A stretch of 64,000 nt of DNA from Takakia lepidozioides. Lineage: Eukaryota; Plantae; Bryophyta. A program made the translations under genes and the position numbers. Positions 49,082 through 62,264 of this stretch are shown piece after piece; positions within the stretch are counted from its first letter, which is position 1, and each line of letters begins with the position of its first letter. A model generated the notes under the pieces. The model made no database searches. It was not told the DNA's origin and saw only the letters and a list, made by a program, of their open reading frames with translations. The stretch is taken from the NCBI GenBank assembly GCA_030704615.1, contig CM060733.1:22320001-22384000 (forward strand), in the 5' to 3' direction.

Positions 49082-49669
49082 TAGGGTGGCCAATACCCGG
49101 GGCAATACAATACTAGGGGTAATATATACCTCGCTCCATACTATGATGTATACCATACTTGTCTGGTATTCCGATGGACGAGATTGCTATTGATACGAGT
49201 ATTGCTGCAGTGTGAGCATCCAAATGGCACAGTAGGTGTATATGTGGAGTTAGGGCAAGGGAATTCATGGGGCATACGACAGTCCATTATATGAGCATAG
49301 CATTTTATGGCATTTTTTTAAATACTCAATGTGTAATGTGTGTGAGCTCAATTCTGCTTTTTTATGTGTGCATTGTGTTGTAATTGTCATCCAGTGTGAA
49401 GGTCATTTTGTTTTTCAGGTTATTGAATATTCTCTTGAATATATTGATATACCTACCGAGGCAATATTCATATTCCCCCATATGAGATGGAAAAAAACAA
49501 ATATTGATACCCTATTGCTATACACCCAAAATTTACGTTACTGGACCCCCTCCTATACCCTACCCGGCCCCCTTACCCCAATACCAGGACCATAGGAGTC
49601 TTGGGAAATATGGGCATTGTTATCATATTTTTGTGATACCAGTCCAACACTAAAAAGTTTGGCCACTCG
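49082..49669. mobile_element. Possible hAT-type MITE
   Basis: TAGGGTGGCCAA...TTGGCCACTCG imperfect TIRs and subterminal ATACC/CAATA repeats. No TSD found. Confidence 0.4.
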
Positions 49670-49800
49670 CTTGCTCACATAGGCAAAGCTGATGCTACTA
49701 ACAAAGGGGGAATGAACCTTAACAAAGGTATGAGTGGCCAAATTCTTCATGTTCGGACATGAGAATGTAATCAAACTTACAAATTTGACGAATAGGGGGT

Positions 49801-50035
49801 TATTATTATTATTTTTTGAAAAGGGAAACACCTGGGAGCGCAAGCTCACAAATCAGGCCCCTTAATAGAGGAGAAAATAACCCCTTTCACAGTAACCTCG
49901 CCATGAAGGCGTAGAAAAGGGACACCGCCCAAGGGAAGGGGGAGAAGAGTATACCACACCCGTCAAGTACCAGGATTTGACCCCAGAATCATCTGGGTGG
50001 CACTCAGTGCACTAACCAACTGAGCTACTGACTGT
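49801..50035 (-). mobile_element. tRNA-derived SINE
   Basis: A box GTAGCTCAGTTGG, B box GGGTCAAATCC, 3' end GCTCCCAGGTGTTTCCCTTTT and an (AAT)n tail. Confidence 0.7.
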
Positions 50036-52358
50036 TGGTTAATTTTTCCCTTCTCTATAAAGTGCCTGAATCTTGAGCGATCCCTCCCAGGTTTCCTTGT
50101 TAATAAATAATAGATGTTTCCCTTCTTAAAAAATAAAATAAAATAAAATAAAAGATAAATAAAAATACTTAATCCAATGCTCAATTTTGGTGATTGACCA
50201 TGCAAGGATCACTGACCCGTCAAGCCTCACTTTCCTTCACAAAAGACGATACATAAGACATTCATTGTGGCTGGCAGCACGATGGACTGTTGCAGCAAAT
50301 AATTTGCTCTTTGTTCCAAAATTTGATGTAGTGATTGCACCCAGATCCAAGCAAAGTACCGATAATTTCGGTGGCCATTCTGACTTTGTTTGCCAGAAAA
50401 CAAACCACAGTCAGGAGCGCTCTTAAAAGGCCGCCAGATTGCCACGGCCTCAGCTCCAACTGTCACATACGGATACTACCCAAAGAGCACATGTCCATTG
50501 AGATTACAGACTAACTTAGTACATGTATGAATAGATTCCCCAAACATTGTTCTAGAAAGTTAGTATTGCAGGAACTTGATCCTGCAAATCTTCCAAAAGT
50601 TGGGTCCTCCGATGCGAAACGCATGATGTAAGGCTTCAAGGTACCGAAGTGGATTTGAATCGATACGTGCCATTTGGGGTGTTCACGGTACAACTCCAGC
50701 ATTTGGACAACTGTAAACATCAGTCTACACAAAATTTATCTGTATGTTGGTGTTTGCAAGGTCCATCTCAACCCAAATGCGGCAATCATGGGGCATTGAT
50801 TTATGTCATTCTCTATCAAACACACAGTGTATGTGAACACACAACCTAATAATTTGCTAGGCCTTACCTGGAAAGCACAGGCATGCGACTAGGGCTATTA
50901 AATAGACCCATCTGGGATCTTGAGAACATTTTGCGCCTGCAGAAATTAAAGTCATTATATTGAAGCAGACTTGCATAGTCTCAGAGACTTCCTTTCAGGA
51001 GTTCCATTTGCAGTGCAATGTAGCACAAACATGTCTCAAAAACCACAATGGATGAAGTTATTTAGGATTCAATGTTTTGACCATCTGAACATTGTTTACC
51101 AACAGTTTTCAACCCACGAAGAATACATGTCCTAACCCAGCCAGTACCGGCAAGTGCTGGCAGTGGAATCTATCTCTGGAAAGCAAGCAAATGGACACGC
51201 AACCTGCTTCCTCCTGACAACTTGTGGTGCTCAGTAATAACTACCAACTTGTCCAGCTTTCTAATTTCATTGATGTTTTCTCAAAGAAAAACAAGCGGTA
51301 CCCACAATCTTAAGATTGAAGGCTTCTTCCCGAGATTTAACTTACTAGATTGAGAATTGGCATATTATTAAACAAGAAATTCCTAGAACTCCGTCCATCA
51401 TGTGTCAGGAGTCCCTAACTCCCAGGGGTTGCCACATTTTTCTGACTCGTCAACTCTCACTGCCCAGGTAGGGCAGAAAGAGCCCTGTTGCTGGAACCTT
51501 TTGTTTGGAACTGCTCCTCCCGGCCTGTTTATTTCTGGAAGCTCCATTACATGCCTTGTGGACCATGGGTAATATACCCTGTAAATAGGGCTATGTGCAT
51601 TTGAGCCCGGGACATCTGCATTGTTTCTACTACATCCTGCATGACTAGTCGCTTGAATTCACGTTTGCAAAAACTAACCGCCGTCTTCCTCTTCATTATG
51701 CGCAGTCTTTGGGTGTATTATTGAGCTTACACATTGATGACTTGCAGTCTGACCTCTTAGCGTGCCAGTGCCAGTTTCCCAACAAGATATTTCAGGGTAA
51801 CGAGATCTCAGCGAGTCAATAGTGTGACTCAATGCTCTGATATGTGGACCTTATTCACCACGGTCCTGCATCATCCTTCACAGAAATCAAATACAGAAAT
51901 CTAATAATTATACATCATGAGTATTCATGATGCAGAATAACTATGACTCCCAGCTATCATATTGTTGTCCATCGACAGCTTTCCAATAGTCCTTCAACTG
52001 ACTTCACACCGCAAACATAAGAGGGAGTCCAGTGTTCGGCAAATTCACGGGCATTTGAGGAACTATAGTAATCACAACTAGTACTCACTAAAGGATGCCA
52101 CGCTCTGGCAGGAGGGAGATCTATTCAACCCAAGTCAACCGGGGGTCGCTGCAGTTGTAATAAAGCCCTGCAGTTCTCTGCTTCCTTCAGGACCTCATGC
52201 GCCCTCTTTCTGGTGTCCCCGCTATCCCCCGTTTTGACAAGAGTGTTCCTCGTCCCAAGGAGAGAATCCTCAAGGGGCTTGTGGAGGGAGAGAGAGCGGG
52301 GAGGGTTGGTTGGAAGGGATCTAGCCTTGTCTTCGGAAGTCAATCAACACCGTGCGCA

Positions 52359-54080
52359 ATGAGGCAAGGATTGATATGGGGCTTCCCATATTTGGGTCTC
52401 CTAGTTTGCGCGGCATGGTTTGTTGACATGGCAAAAGCCATTGTTCTGAATCCGACCGAATCCTCATTTGATAACAATTATCAGGTTATTTGGGCCAACA
52501 ACCTTGTGACGGTTGCCAACGGTGGGAGCACCGTCGACATTGCACTTGAACAGACGTCAGGCAAGCTTGCGAGATTGAAATCCACTATACCTTCGTTTAA
52601 TTCACGATGTCCTTGTTGTCTGATCCCCATCGAACCTGTCTGATTGTTTTTTACAGTCAATTGGTTTTTGAATAAATAAGGTCGAGAGAAGAGAAAGCTG
52701 CTGTTAGATTGCGAACTCACAATGTGCAGTTGTAACGTGTTGCAAACGAGAGTTCGAGAAGGGGGCCTGGTAGGTGTGTCATTGTTGGGATTTCCCGAGT
52801 CTCAAAGAGATGAAATCCCTACACATTTAGTTGCGTCAGGCCTATCGTGGCCGGAATTTATGATAGCTATCGGAGATAGAAACAAGAGCTGCAATGTGGT
52901 GCACTGATTCATTGACGGTCACTTAACGTGGGCTGTGCAGGCTCTGGATTTGCCTCTAAAGGAAGCTACCTGTACGGACATGTGAGCATCAAGCTGAAGC
53001 TCGTGCCTGGCAATTCTGCTGGTGTTGTCACTGCCTACTATGTATGCTCCATATCCTTTATGTGGTATGCGTCTGTCCCATAAGCTCACTGGGCTTTCCG
53101 TGGACAGTAGCAAGTTCACCATTTCTCTCCGTGTCTCCCGCTGGTAACAAATTTCGGCTTGGACTTCAAGTGTCTTAGGAACTTTGTAAGCTGTTCTTAT
53201 TACTCAGATTTGCAGCTTCAGTCGAGAATGTTTTTCTCGTCTCTCTCGCCTATCTCCCTATTTCTCGATGCATGCGCATCCAAACATTAAAGATTAACTG
53301 TGAAATGTGGCAGATGTCCTCGCAAGGAGACACCCGTAGTGAGTTAGACTTCGAGTTCTTAGGCAACAAGAGTGGACAACCATACCAACTGCAAACGAAC
53401 ATCTACGGCGAGGGTGTCGGAGGTCGAGAGCAGCGAGTCGTCCTGTGGTTTGACCCTTCTGCAAAGTACCACACCTACTCGTTCCTCTGGAACGATCATC
53501 AAGTCGTGTAAGCTTTCCTCGTCTTTAGAGCTCCTCGCTGCGACTTGTGATCTTCAGGCCACGGTTGCCAAGTTTCATGCCCCTACCACGTGAAATTATG
53601 TTACTTTTTCCTTGTCCCTGGCATCACCATCAACTGCATTTACATTGTTGTGTTGGATAATTGAAGCTGCTTGGTGCTCACAGATTCTATGTGGATACCG
53701 TGCCTGTTCGTGTGCTGCGCAAGACTGACGTAACCGCGAGCATGTATCCCAACAAACCAATGCAAGTCTTTTCTAGCATTTGGGATGCCAGCAATTGGGC
53801 CACACGAGGGGGCCTGGACAAGATCGATTGGACACAGGCGCCCTTCGTAGCGTCATACAGGAAATTTGCATTGGATGCTTGTCGTTTTGAAGCTCCATAC
53901 CCGGCATGTGCATCAAATCTCCAGTCGTATTGGTGGGGATCGGAGGCTTCCTGGTCGCTCACTCATCAAGAGAAGAAAAAGTACAACCACGTGCATCAGA
54001 ACCTCTTGGTTTACGATTACTGCACAGATACCAGTCGGTACCCTACAACCCCAGCTGAGTGTTTGGTTTCCCCTTGGTAA
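52359..54080 (+). CDS. XTH: Xyloglucan endotransglucosylase/hydrolase (GH16), 4 exons, 297 aa
   Basis: Exons 52359-52560, 52941-53041 (101 bp), 53314-53507 (194 bp) and 53684-54080. Signal peptide, catalytic [15 protein letters not shown] and YDYCTD..RY motifs. Confidence 0.96.
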
Positions 54081-55268
54081 GTCGACAGTGTACTGAAGGC
54101 AAGGTGGCGACCGGTGAAGGCTACAAATATCTTGCGAGAACATCCGGCTTGATTGTTTGGCTCGATCCGTTACTGATTCCGTGGATCAGCAATTCTCGGC
54201 TATATCTAGAGATTTTAAAATATAATGTATCCTGAATAACGGGACGCTTTTGTTTGATAAAAGTGTCATGGGATTCCACACCTGGGTGGTTCATCCTTAT
54301 CGAGCCTTTGAGAGAGTCCCCTGAGAGACTCGTGTTACAGGACGCTTGGTCGGGACGTTCCAAACGAAAAAGTGAAGCAGATTTCGATGGAGCCATTTGG
54401 TTTTAGATTTCTAAATCTCAGAGGAAGACGCAATAGCCTCATGTGAATTATACGTATGATTACGAATGGGTCTCCTTGGAGACGTTAGAATGATTACAAC
54501 CACCTACAAATATCGATTGAGCGTTTGTTCACTAGAGATTTGAAGCCCGCCTGTGCAGAGGCGGTGCAGTGGGCTTTGTGAACGAGCTTCGCATCAGGGG
54601 TGCATATGTATACATACCTCATCATAAGTGAAAACTCCAAAGTTCTCTCTAAAACGTGCCTATTGAAGTTGCAACTCTTGCTCAACCTTTCAGCATCTGC
54701 ATGGGTTCAATCAGCTGCAATTGAAACTTAGAAACCTTGAATACTGACGTCCACAACTATCACTTCGTCACAAAAGATTTAGATACAGTTCAAACTTCAC
54801 TTTTAACGAATTTCACTCATTGATTGTGCATAAGCCTACACGAATTGCTCCTTCCTGTCCCAGATTGACCGATGTTGATCTGGGAGTCGTGACATTGGGT
54901 ATAGATAATCTATAGATAATTCTTGTACACAGTATCCACTGGAAGCTAACATAAGTTAATCTTTGTGCATGGTAAAGTGCTACACAACCTGTGTTTTGTG
55001 AAAGCTGATCTGTCTTCAATAATGTACTCCAAGTCTCAAGATCCGACCTGTCCTTCTAAGCCATTCTGTTTTGAGTCACGATTTAATGATTTTACACTAG
55101 TAAACTTACTGAACCAGCTGTCTAGGTTAGCTTTTTTTCTAAGTATCTTCCTATAATCAGCGAGAAGATGGTTAGTCTCCAGAGAAACCTGTAGACAATT
55201 TACTATAGTACATAGTTACGAATAGTAAGAGTTCAGAGGAGAGGTTCGAAAGGATTCCACGATGGGAT

Positions 55269-58200
55269 TCAGCGGGCATGGGGCTTGAAGAATTCAAGCT
55301 TCATCCTTGTGTTCACGGTGTTCCAGACTCCCCCTGCGGTAACTGCAATAGTTAGAAGTAAGCCCAGTAGGCCCAAGAACCAGTTGAAATACCAGCTGGA
55401 GCTGCCTCTCTGTGGCTTGGTAATCTTTAGCCACATGAAGCATGGAAGAACAAATGTTACTGGAATGCTGTTAAGTCCGCCAATGAGACCGGCGAGGCTC
55501 GTGAGAAAGGGAAATGCTATGGCGACGAAGAAGCAAAGAAACACATATAGCGATCTGAACACAAATCGCACGTAAGGGTCACACTTCCTCCCCTTTCTTG
55601 CAGTATAGCACTGTTCAACCATGTCGAACACTGGCATGGAGTATATTTGGAACATGCTGAGACAGTTGAACATCATGAAGACGAAAGTAAGACCCAAAAA
55701 TGCTCGAGAGACCTTCGACATTTCCGAGTACACCAGCGAGTACAGAATGCCTGCTTCCATCATCTGCACGAACCCACTGTACTAGTTACTTTGTGGCACT
55801 TCAAGCGTGCTATCGATTGATGGCCTCTGGAGATCACGTGGCAACAAGAACTAATGTGCTCGTACATCGGCCCTCTACAACGTTGAGATCTACGTCTCTC
55901 ATGAAACTTCCACGCCCATAGACGAATGCCCGGTTTGGGAGCACAAATGATAAATCAGAGAGCCTGGAAATTTTACTTGAAGAAGAGGAATGCGACGTCC
56001 GTGAAAAGTCCAAGGAGCTTGTGGTATAACAAGTTGAAAGCAACTGACATTAGACAATAAGGATCAGATCGCTAGGCCTGCAAGATGGACAAATGCAGAA
56101 AGAGAGAAAGAAGTTTATTAAACGTAGACCAAAGGACCCAAGGGAGAGGAGAAGGCGAAATGCCGAGAGAGGGAGAGAGAGAGCGAGAGAGACTTTATTC
56201 GTACCTGATTACCAAAAGCTCCGTAGCCACCAAGGGCCAGCGGGAAGTAGCATAGAGCCACGATGACATAGGCTGCTTTCGCTCCTTTCCACATGGGCAC
56301 AGATGCCGGTTCTTTGAGGGTGGTCGGCAGTGTTCCCTGCAGGTGAGGAGTATTTTGGAATCCGTGCAAAAAAATAGAGTGAAAGTGAATGACACATGAA
56401 TTGCTGGGACAGCTATTTCTGGAGGTCGATTTGATGGCGATACCCTTGATCTGATAATTGGTAATTTAATCTCACGCACTATCACGTGATCACCCTCACA
56501 TTTCATTAGAGAAGCAAACAAGAGCATTAAAGGGTTCTAGAATCCTGGTCAGTTTGAACTTCCATCGATCGAGTTTTGTGTTGCTACGCAGATGCTCAAG
56601 TTGATTTCAGTTCATACAAGGCAATGTGGTAACAGCGGTTACCTGTATCTCAAGTGCAAGATTGTGACCTCGAAAGGAAAAAGCTATCACACCAATGGCA
56701 TTCAGCACAGAAAATGTCGTCCCAAGAGCCGTCTTGCCTTGCTTAGTAGAATACGAGATACCCGGGGGCCTCGGCTTACTGATGGACAACACCCACAGAA
56801 GAGTAATATATGAGAAAGCCATCACCGCCCCAACTAGAGAGACGCCTGCGATGGAGTTCATGTTGGGTAGTTGTGCTAAAATAAGACACAAAACCGAGAA
56901 CACGAAGCACCATTGTATCATGGATAGTGGATTTTCATCGCACTTGTGACACACAGCTGTGACATAGAAAAGTTCAAGGCAGCTTCCGCCAACCACAATG
57001 AGGCCTATGGCAGTCCCCACTGTGAGATTGAGCACTGGTGGAAGAGATAAATGGAATCCGATTTTCTGCCCTGCACACGAACATTTCAGTTGATACATAG
57101 ATTGATCAGTGGCTTTTAAATTACCGTACATGTAGCTTAATTTTTCTAAGTTTCCAACATAGATCTGTCAAGGGAAAAACCTGACAAAGCATTTTCTTCG
57201 GCAACTGGGAGGATTTCCAATTTAAACATGCTCAAGAAGTAATCAGTCTATCCACAGTCATGATTTAACAACAACAGCAGATATACTAACTTCAGACCAA
57301 ACCAACCACTGGACTGGTAACCAGATCGCTACACCCCAAGTCTTACAAAGTATCCTACAAGACGGATCACTTTCACAATTGCGTTCTAGCCACATAATCA
57401 TCATGGCGATCAAATTAAGCTTCAAGAGCATCCAGACTCGGTCGACCTACCTGGAGACGCCAGAAATCAGCTGAGTCAACTAGTTTCAATTGCACCTTCA
57501 TTTCAACTTCAATTACACATTCACATTCAGCTTCAACTGCACAGACCTGGCCAATGGTTCCTCTCCGACTTCACTTCACTCACGAAATAAAATTCAGATT
57601 CTGGAAACTGCGTGCAAGATATTGGAAGAAATGTGCGGGTTCCTTACCAAACGCTTCTTGGGAGAGCTCCACGTAGCTGCGGTGGCGTTTGCCTGGTTCT
57701 GATTCATGAAGCATAATAAGCATCCATCGCGTGTACATCTGCCATGCAAACGCTGTTATGAGTACTGCCAGCCCCCATGTCCTGCACCCCGTCACACAAA
57801 CCAAAATCCTGGCCACTCAGAATCTCTACAAGACTGGGTACAACCGGTTTAAAACGACTCAAAGTCAAGTGGGAGATGGCAGAACTGAAATACATAAGCA
57901 CATTAAAAGAGAGCGAGATGGCAGCTTGGTTATTACCATCCAAGGAACACGAAAGCGAAAGGCAAAAAAATGGTCTGGTAGCCAATGGATGCGTTCAAGT
58001 TGTGGAACGCTGCATACAGAGCATTGCCTTGACGGCACTCGGTGAAAGGGAGCCAGGTATATCTGACATCCAATGTAGTCAAATGACCAATCTCCTCTAT
58101 ATAGTGCTTTATATTGTGAAGAGACTTTTGTGGTGTCCCGATTGGTGATATCGGACTCAGACAGGATTTGGTGGGAGACTTCCCAGTGGCCATGGCAATA

Positions 58201-58439
58201 ATTTTGTGTGGTCCGTTCGGGCAAGGTGATTCTACAGCGAGCTTTTCTCCTAACGAGTTCATGTTCTGGCTGTCGGGCGCCATGGCGGTGGAGCAGAGAT
58301 TGAATCTCTGGGAACAATCGGCGGGAGGAGCTGCTGTAGGAGCCGTTTCATTTGGTTGTATTGGTGGGGTAAAACCACCACGTGTGGAAGGTAGGGAGGT
58401 AACTTCACATTCTAAAAATCCGGGACTCTTTCCCCCCAT
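55269..58439 (-). CDS. Lysine/histidine transporter-like (AAAP family, LHT-like 8 type) amino acid transporter, 5 exons, 563 aa
   Basis: Exons 58439-57937, 57781-57648, 57070-56643, 56336-56205 and 55763-55269 (1692 nt, in frame). WLPFTECRQGNALYAAFHNLNA, QLPNMNSIAGVSL, FRGHNLALEIQGT and FQIYSMPVFD motifs. Confidence 0.93.
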
Positions 58440-59149
58440 GCCTAGATAGAGGTCTGTCGAGAAAGATTGACTTCGAATGACAAAGTGGCGTTGGTGAAAA
58501 GATCCGGTGAAGATAGAAACAAGTCGGAATGGGTCCAGTTCACTTGACGTTCGTCTCTTTGTATGTGGGTGTATGAGAGAGTCTAAGGATTGGAGAAGGA
58601 ATGGAGAGTACTAGGATGGACTGCGCTACGGAATGTACTACAAGGCCACTAGTTTATTGCAACAGGGTTCCCGTGGCCAGCACGGCTATCCACCGCGTTG
58701 GTTGGTTGCGATATTAATATCCGGGAAGTTCTCCCCAACCCCCAACTCCTCCCCAACTGCAAGGCCCCAGATTGGATAACATCAATGAGCTTTCGAGTCT
58801 GAAGGTGGTGAATTCCTCGTGAGTTCTCTAAGTAAGAGCAAATATATTGCGTGCAAAACTTGTCGATCACAAGTCAATTGCAGGAAACACTGTAAATGAT
58901 ATTCTCAAGGTTCAGACTTTCTGATCTGTTTCTCTTTCCTTCTCCCAAGACTTAGTTCCTTTCTTTCGCTCAGCTTTTAAATCTGCAGTGGGTGGAAGTT
59001 CACCTCTTACAGCTTCTCTAAGCCAACATGCGTGCTGGTGTTTGCAGGGACCAAATTATGCCTCACTAGGGCCGATCACGTCAATTGGAGGAAACACGGA
59101 GGAGAGATAAACCATAGATAAGTGCGAAACATAGAATCTACATGAATTT

Positions 59150-59385
59150 CCAGATATATACCAGTGTTGTGCGGGTGTATTGATTTCAATATACCCTTAG
59201 GGTATAAGCAAATTATTTTTGTCAAATCATTTACCCTTTGGGTATGGATAAATTGAAATCTCAAAAAATTATTTACCCTCCGGGTATGGGTAAATTAACT
59301 TTTCAGATTTCTATATAACCCCTGGGTATGGATATATATGCCAAAATATACCCTGAGGGTATGAATAGTTTCCGGGTATGGATAG
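59150..59385. repeat. TACCC-N2/3-GGGTA(T) motif cluster; related cluster at 61410-61660 (possible subterminal repeats of a DNA element)
   Basis: tacccttagggta, taccctttgggta, taccctccgggta and taccctgagggta. Confidence 0.6.
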
Positions 59386-59640
59386 TTATTTCCATTAATA
59401 TATAATTTAATGGTTTTAAGGAATATATGATGTTCTTTTTTTTTCTTTTTTTTTCCAGAAAGGAAACCTGGGACTCACAAGATGTTCTTCAATATGTACA
59501 AAACCGAAAAAAACAAAAAAAAAAACAAAAAAAAAACCAAATCTATGGTAAAAGAAAAAATTGATAAGATATTGCATAATATTTTGGTGTTAATTTCCAA
59601 TGCAAGATGGAGGAGGTTTGAGATTTAAAAAAAAGCACAT

Positions 59641-60585
59641 GGGGTGGTAGCTGAGTTGGTAAGTGCACAATGTGTGTCACTCAGGTGGTTCGGGGTTCAA
59701 ACCTGCTGCTCTGCCCGCGCGTGGGATTGTTCGTGTGACGGTATGTTTAGGCGTTGATCGTCCTGTATCCATAAATGAAAGCGGGTTAATCTTTCCCCCT
59801 CCTCTCGCGCACCTCACTTCGGTAAGCTCCCCTTCAAATCATAGTTACTCGCTTTGATGCGCGCGCCCAACTCCCAACCTGGCCGCCAGGCCAACTCGGA
59901 GCTTCGGCTACTCACCGGGACATAACGGTCCCCCTTTCCTCCTCCAAGAAACCCTCCACCAATTTGGACCTAGTGGAAATTCCCTTTGGTAGATGGCAGT
60001 CCGGAATAGCTCCCCACTCCTTGGTCGCTTTCCGGCTCGCTCGCTTACTCACTAGTTTTTGGACACCAACGGGCTTGCACCGTTCTCGGGGTTACTACTC
60101 CCTATATATACTTCTGTGACTGTCCGCGGGGGTTTCACAAACAACCATGCCATTTTATGGCGAACCACCACAAAGACCCTCGATTCCCAGTGATGAGTCG
60201 CGGTGAGTCTTGGCCCACCCACCACGGCCCCATTGGACCGTGATGAGTCCCAAGACTCCCCACGACTCCCACCACAAGGTCTCCGCCCCATGGTGAGTCC
60301 TATGTCACTCCCACTAAGTCCCACTAAGCTACCACCACCCCCTTCTGGAGCCACCCCATCGCAACCCGGTGTGCGGGGCTTCACCTAGTGAGCGCCTCTG
60401 CCTCCTTGAGTGCCTCGGGCACTCAAGGGTGCTTCAGCCCCCGCATCTATTGTTGCCACTGCCCCACCACAAGGGCAGCCCCTCTCGTGTCCCGACCCCT
60501 TGCCCTCAAGGCAAAGGGCCGCGACACCTCCTCAAGGGCCTGAATTGTGGGCTGTCGCTCCCAGATTTCCTTAAATAAATAAAAA
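59641..60585 (+). mobile_element. Long tRNA-headed SINE-like element
   Basis: A box TAGCTGAGTTGG, B box GGTTCAAACC. The 3' end GGGCCTGAATTGTGGGCTGTCGCTCCCAGATTTCCTT plus A-rich tail matches the 49801-49865 SINE end. Confidence 0.55.
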
Positions 60586-60630
60586 CCCCTCAAGGACCTA
60601 AATTGTGGGCTATCAGGTTTCCTTTTATAG

Positions 60631-61230
60631 CCTCTCATTGTTTAATAATAGGGTCATGAATGCACGGGCGGGCCCCGCCAGTACGACCCTTGGGGTGACC
60701 TCATAAGCCCACCGCCCATTCACCGAGTCGAGATTCTGAAATTTTTCTAAGTCCTTGTTAATCTACCGTGGTGGACCCCTCCAACAGACCGACTCCAACC
60801 TTCTAGCAGACCCTCCAGACCGACAAGCGGACTGGCACCTCTCCAGCAAACTGACCCCCTCCAGCAGACCGGCAGACCCTTCGATAAAATATATATTTAA
60901 TAACACACGTTATTGCAACGATACAATGTAACGAGATTTGAACACCGCACCTCGTGTTTATCATTCATTGATCTTAACCACCACACTACCCGCCGCTTTC
61001 TACAACTCCTTGCAATAACTAATGCTTTATGTGCATATTGTGGGCCCCAGCAGACTAGCTCATGTGTTTTGTGGGCCATAGCAGACCAGCTTGCCGGGCA
61101 GACCCAACAAGCAAATTGGTAGGGTCGGGTAAGGGCGCTCCCACCCTCCGGGACCCCCTCTGCCACACACGGGCCCCGCCGCAGCCACATGTGCGGGCAT
61201 TCATGACCCTATTATTGTTAAATGAGAAGC
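60631..61230. mobile_element. MITE-like element with terminal inverted repeats
   Basis: AATAATAGGGTCATGAATGC (60643-60662) is perfectly inverted at 61197-61216 and extends imperfectly outward. TA-rich flanks. Confidence 0.6.
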
Positions 61231-62264
61231 CCTTATATATATATATATACGAGGTATTGTTTGGGTTATATGACATTTAAGGAATGATATATATGTAACA
61301 TTTGTTTTAGCTGTGATTGGAGCTTTCTTATAGCTCAAGGCTCCCTAACAACACAACAAAAAGAGAAAAGACCTAGCACATAAAGGCTATGAAGGCACAT
61401 GAAGGCCCTTATATACCCTGATTAGATATACCCTTCATTTTAACATATACCCTTCAGGAAAGTAGGGTATACTGAGCGTCTTGATGCAGGGTAAATATAA
61501 GGATAAGGGTATATCATAAAAATATACCTTGATATAAGGGTATACATCCGGGTACCTAAACTTGCCACACCAGGGTATATATATATCAATATACCCTGAT
61601 ATACCCGGCGGGTATATAAGGGTAATTCATATACCTGCCCAACACTGATATATACACCCCCGGCCCTGCTGGCTGTCGTGAACCCTTTGGCTGCTGCAGG
61701 CCTGCACCCCCTCCTCATCCACATCCATGACAACAAATATAACCATAGACATAAAAATGTGGCAAACCCTACAATTCTGATGTATGCCAAATACATGGGG
61801 AATTGTGCCAATGTATGTGTTGTCACCTCTTGAGAGCACTATGATAGTGCTTACATTTGTCCCATCATGCACATAGCATACTCTTCAATGAGCAAGTGAA
61901 ACATTTCATGCCAAACATGAACCAGATCTTTGCTCAAATACAATCAAATGTGTGTGACAATTTTTTTTTTAAAAAGCATAGAAGGAAAAGAATAGGAATA
62001 ATGTAAGGGTGACACAATCATAGTGACATGAATTAGCTCCCATTTGGTCACAAGTCACGCACCTCGTCTTTTCCATTGCCCTCACATTACTAGTAGGCTA
62101 TCCATGTTGTTTGGAAACCAATTGCATTCTAAAATATTTGATAATGAATCCGGGATAAGAGGGGATATGGAGGATTTGACAAGGGGTCCGGGAACCGACG
62201 CTGTTTGACTAGAAACAGATGATCTGAAGCAAAAGAAATATCATACACTCAGTGACTATGGTAG

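Noticed and set aside
49960-50035. Functional tRNA gene (also 59641-59715 and 60930-60990)
   Set aside because: A and B boxes are present but there is no convincing cloverleaf. The first two are followed by SINE-type tails.
59045-61670. A complete hAT element bounded by (C/T)AGGG termini
   Set aside because: Candidate termini exist but no matching 8-bp target-site duplication was found. Reported only as motif clusters.
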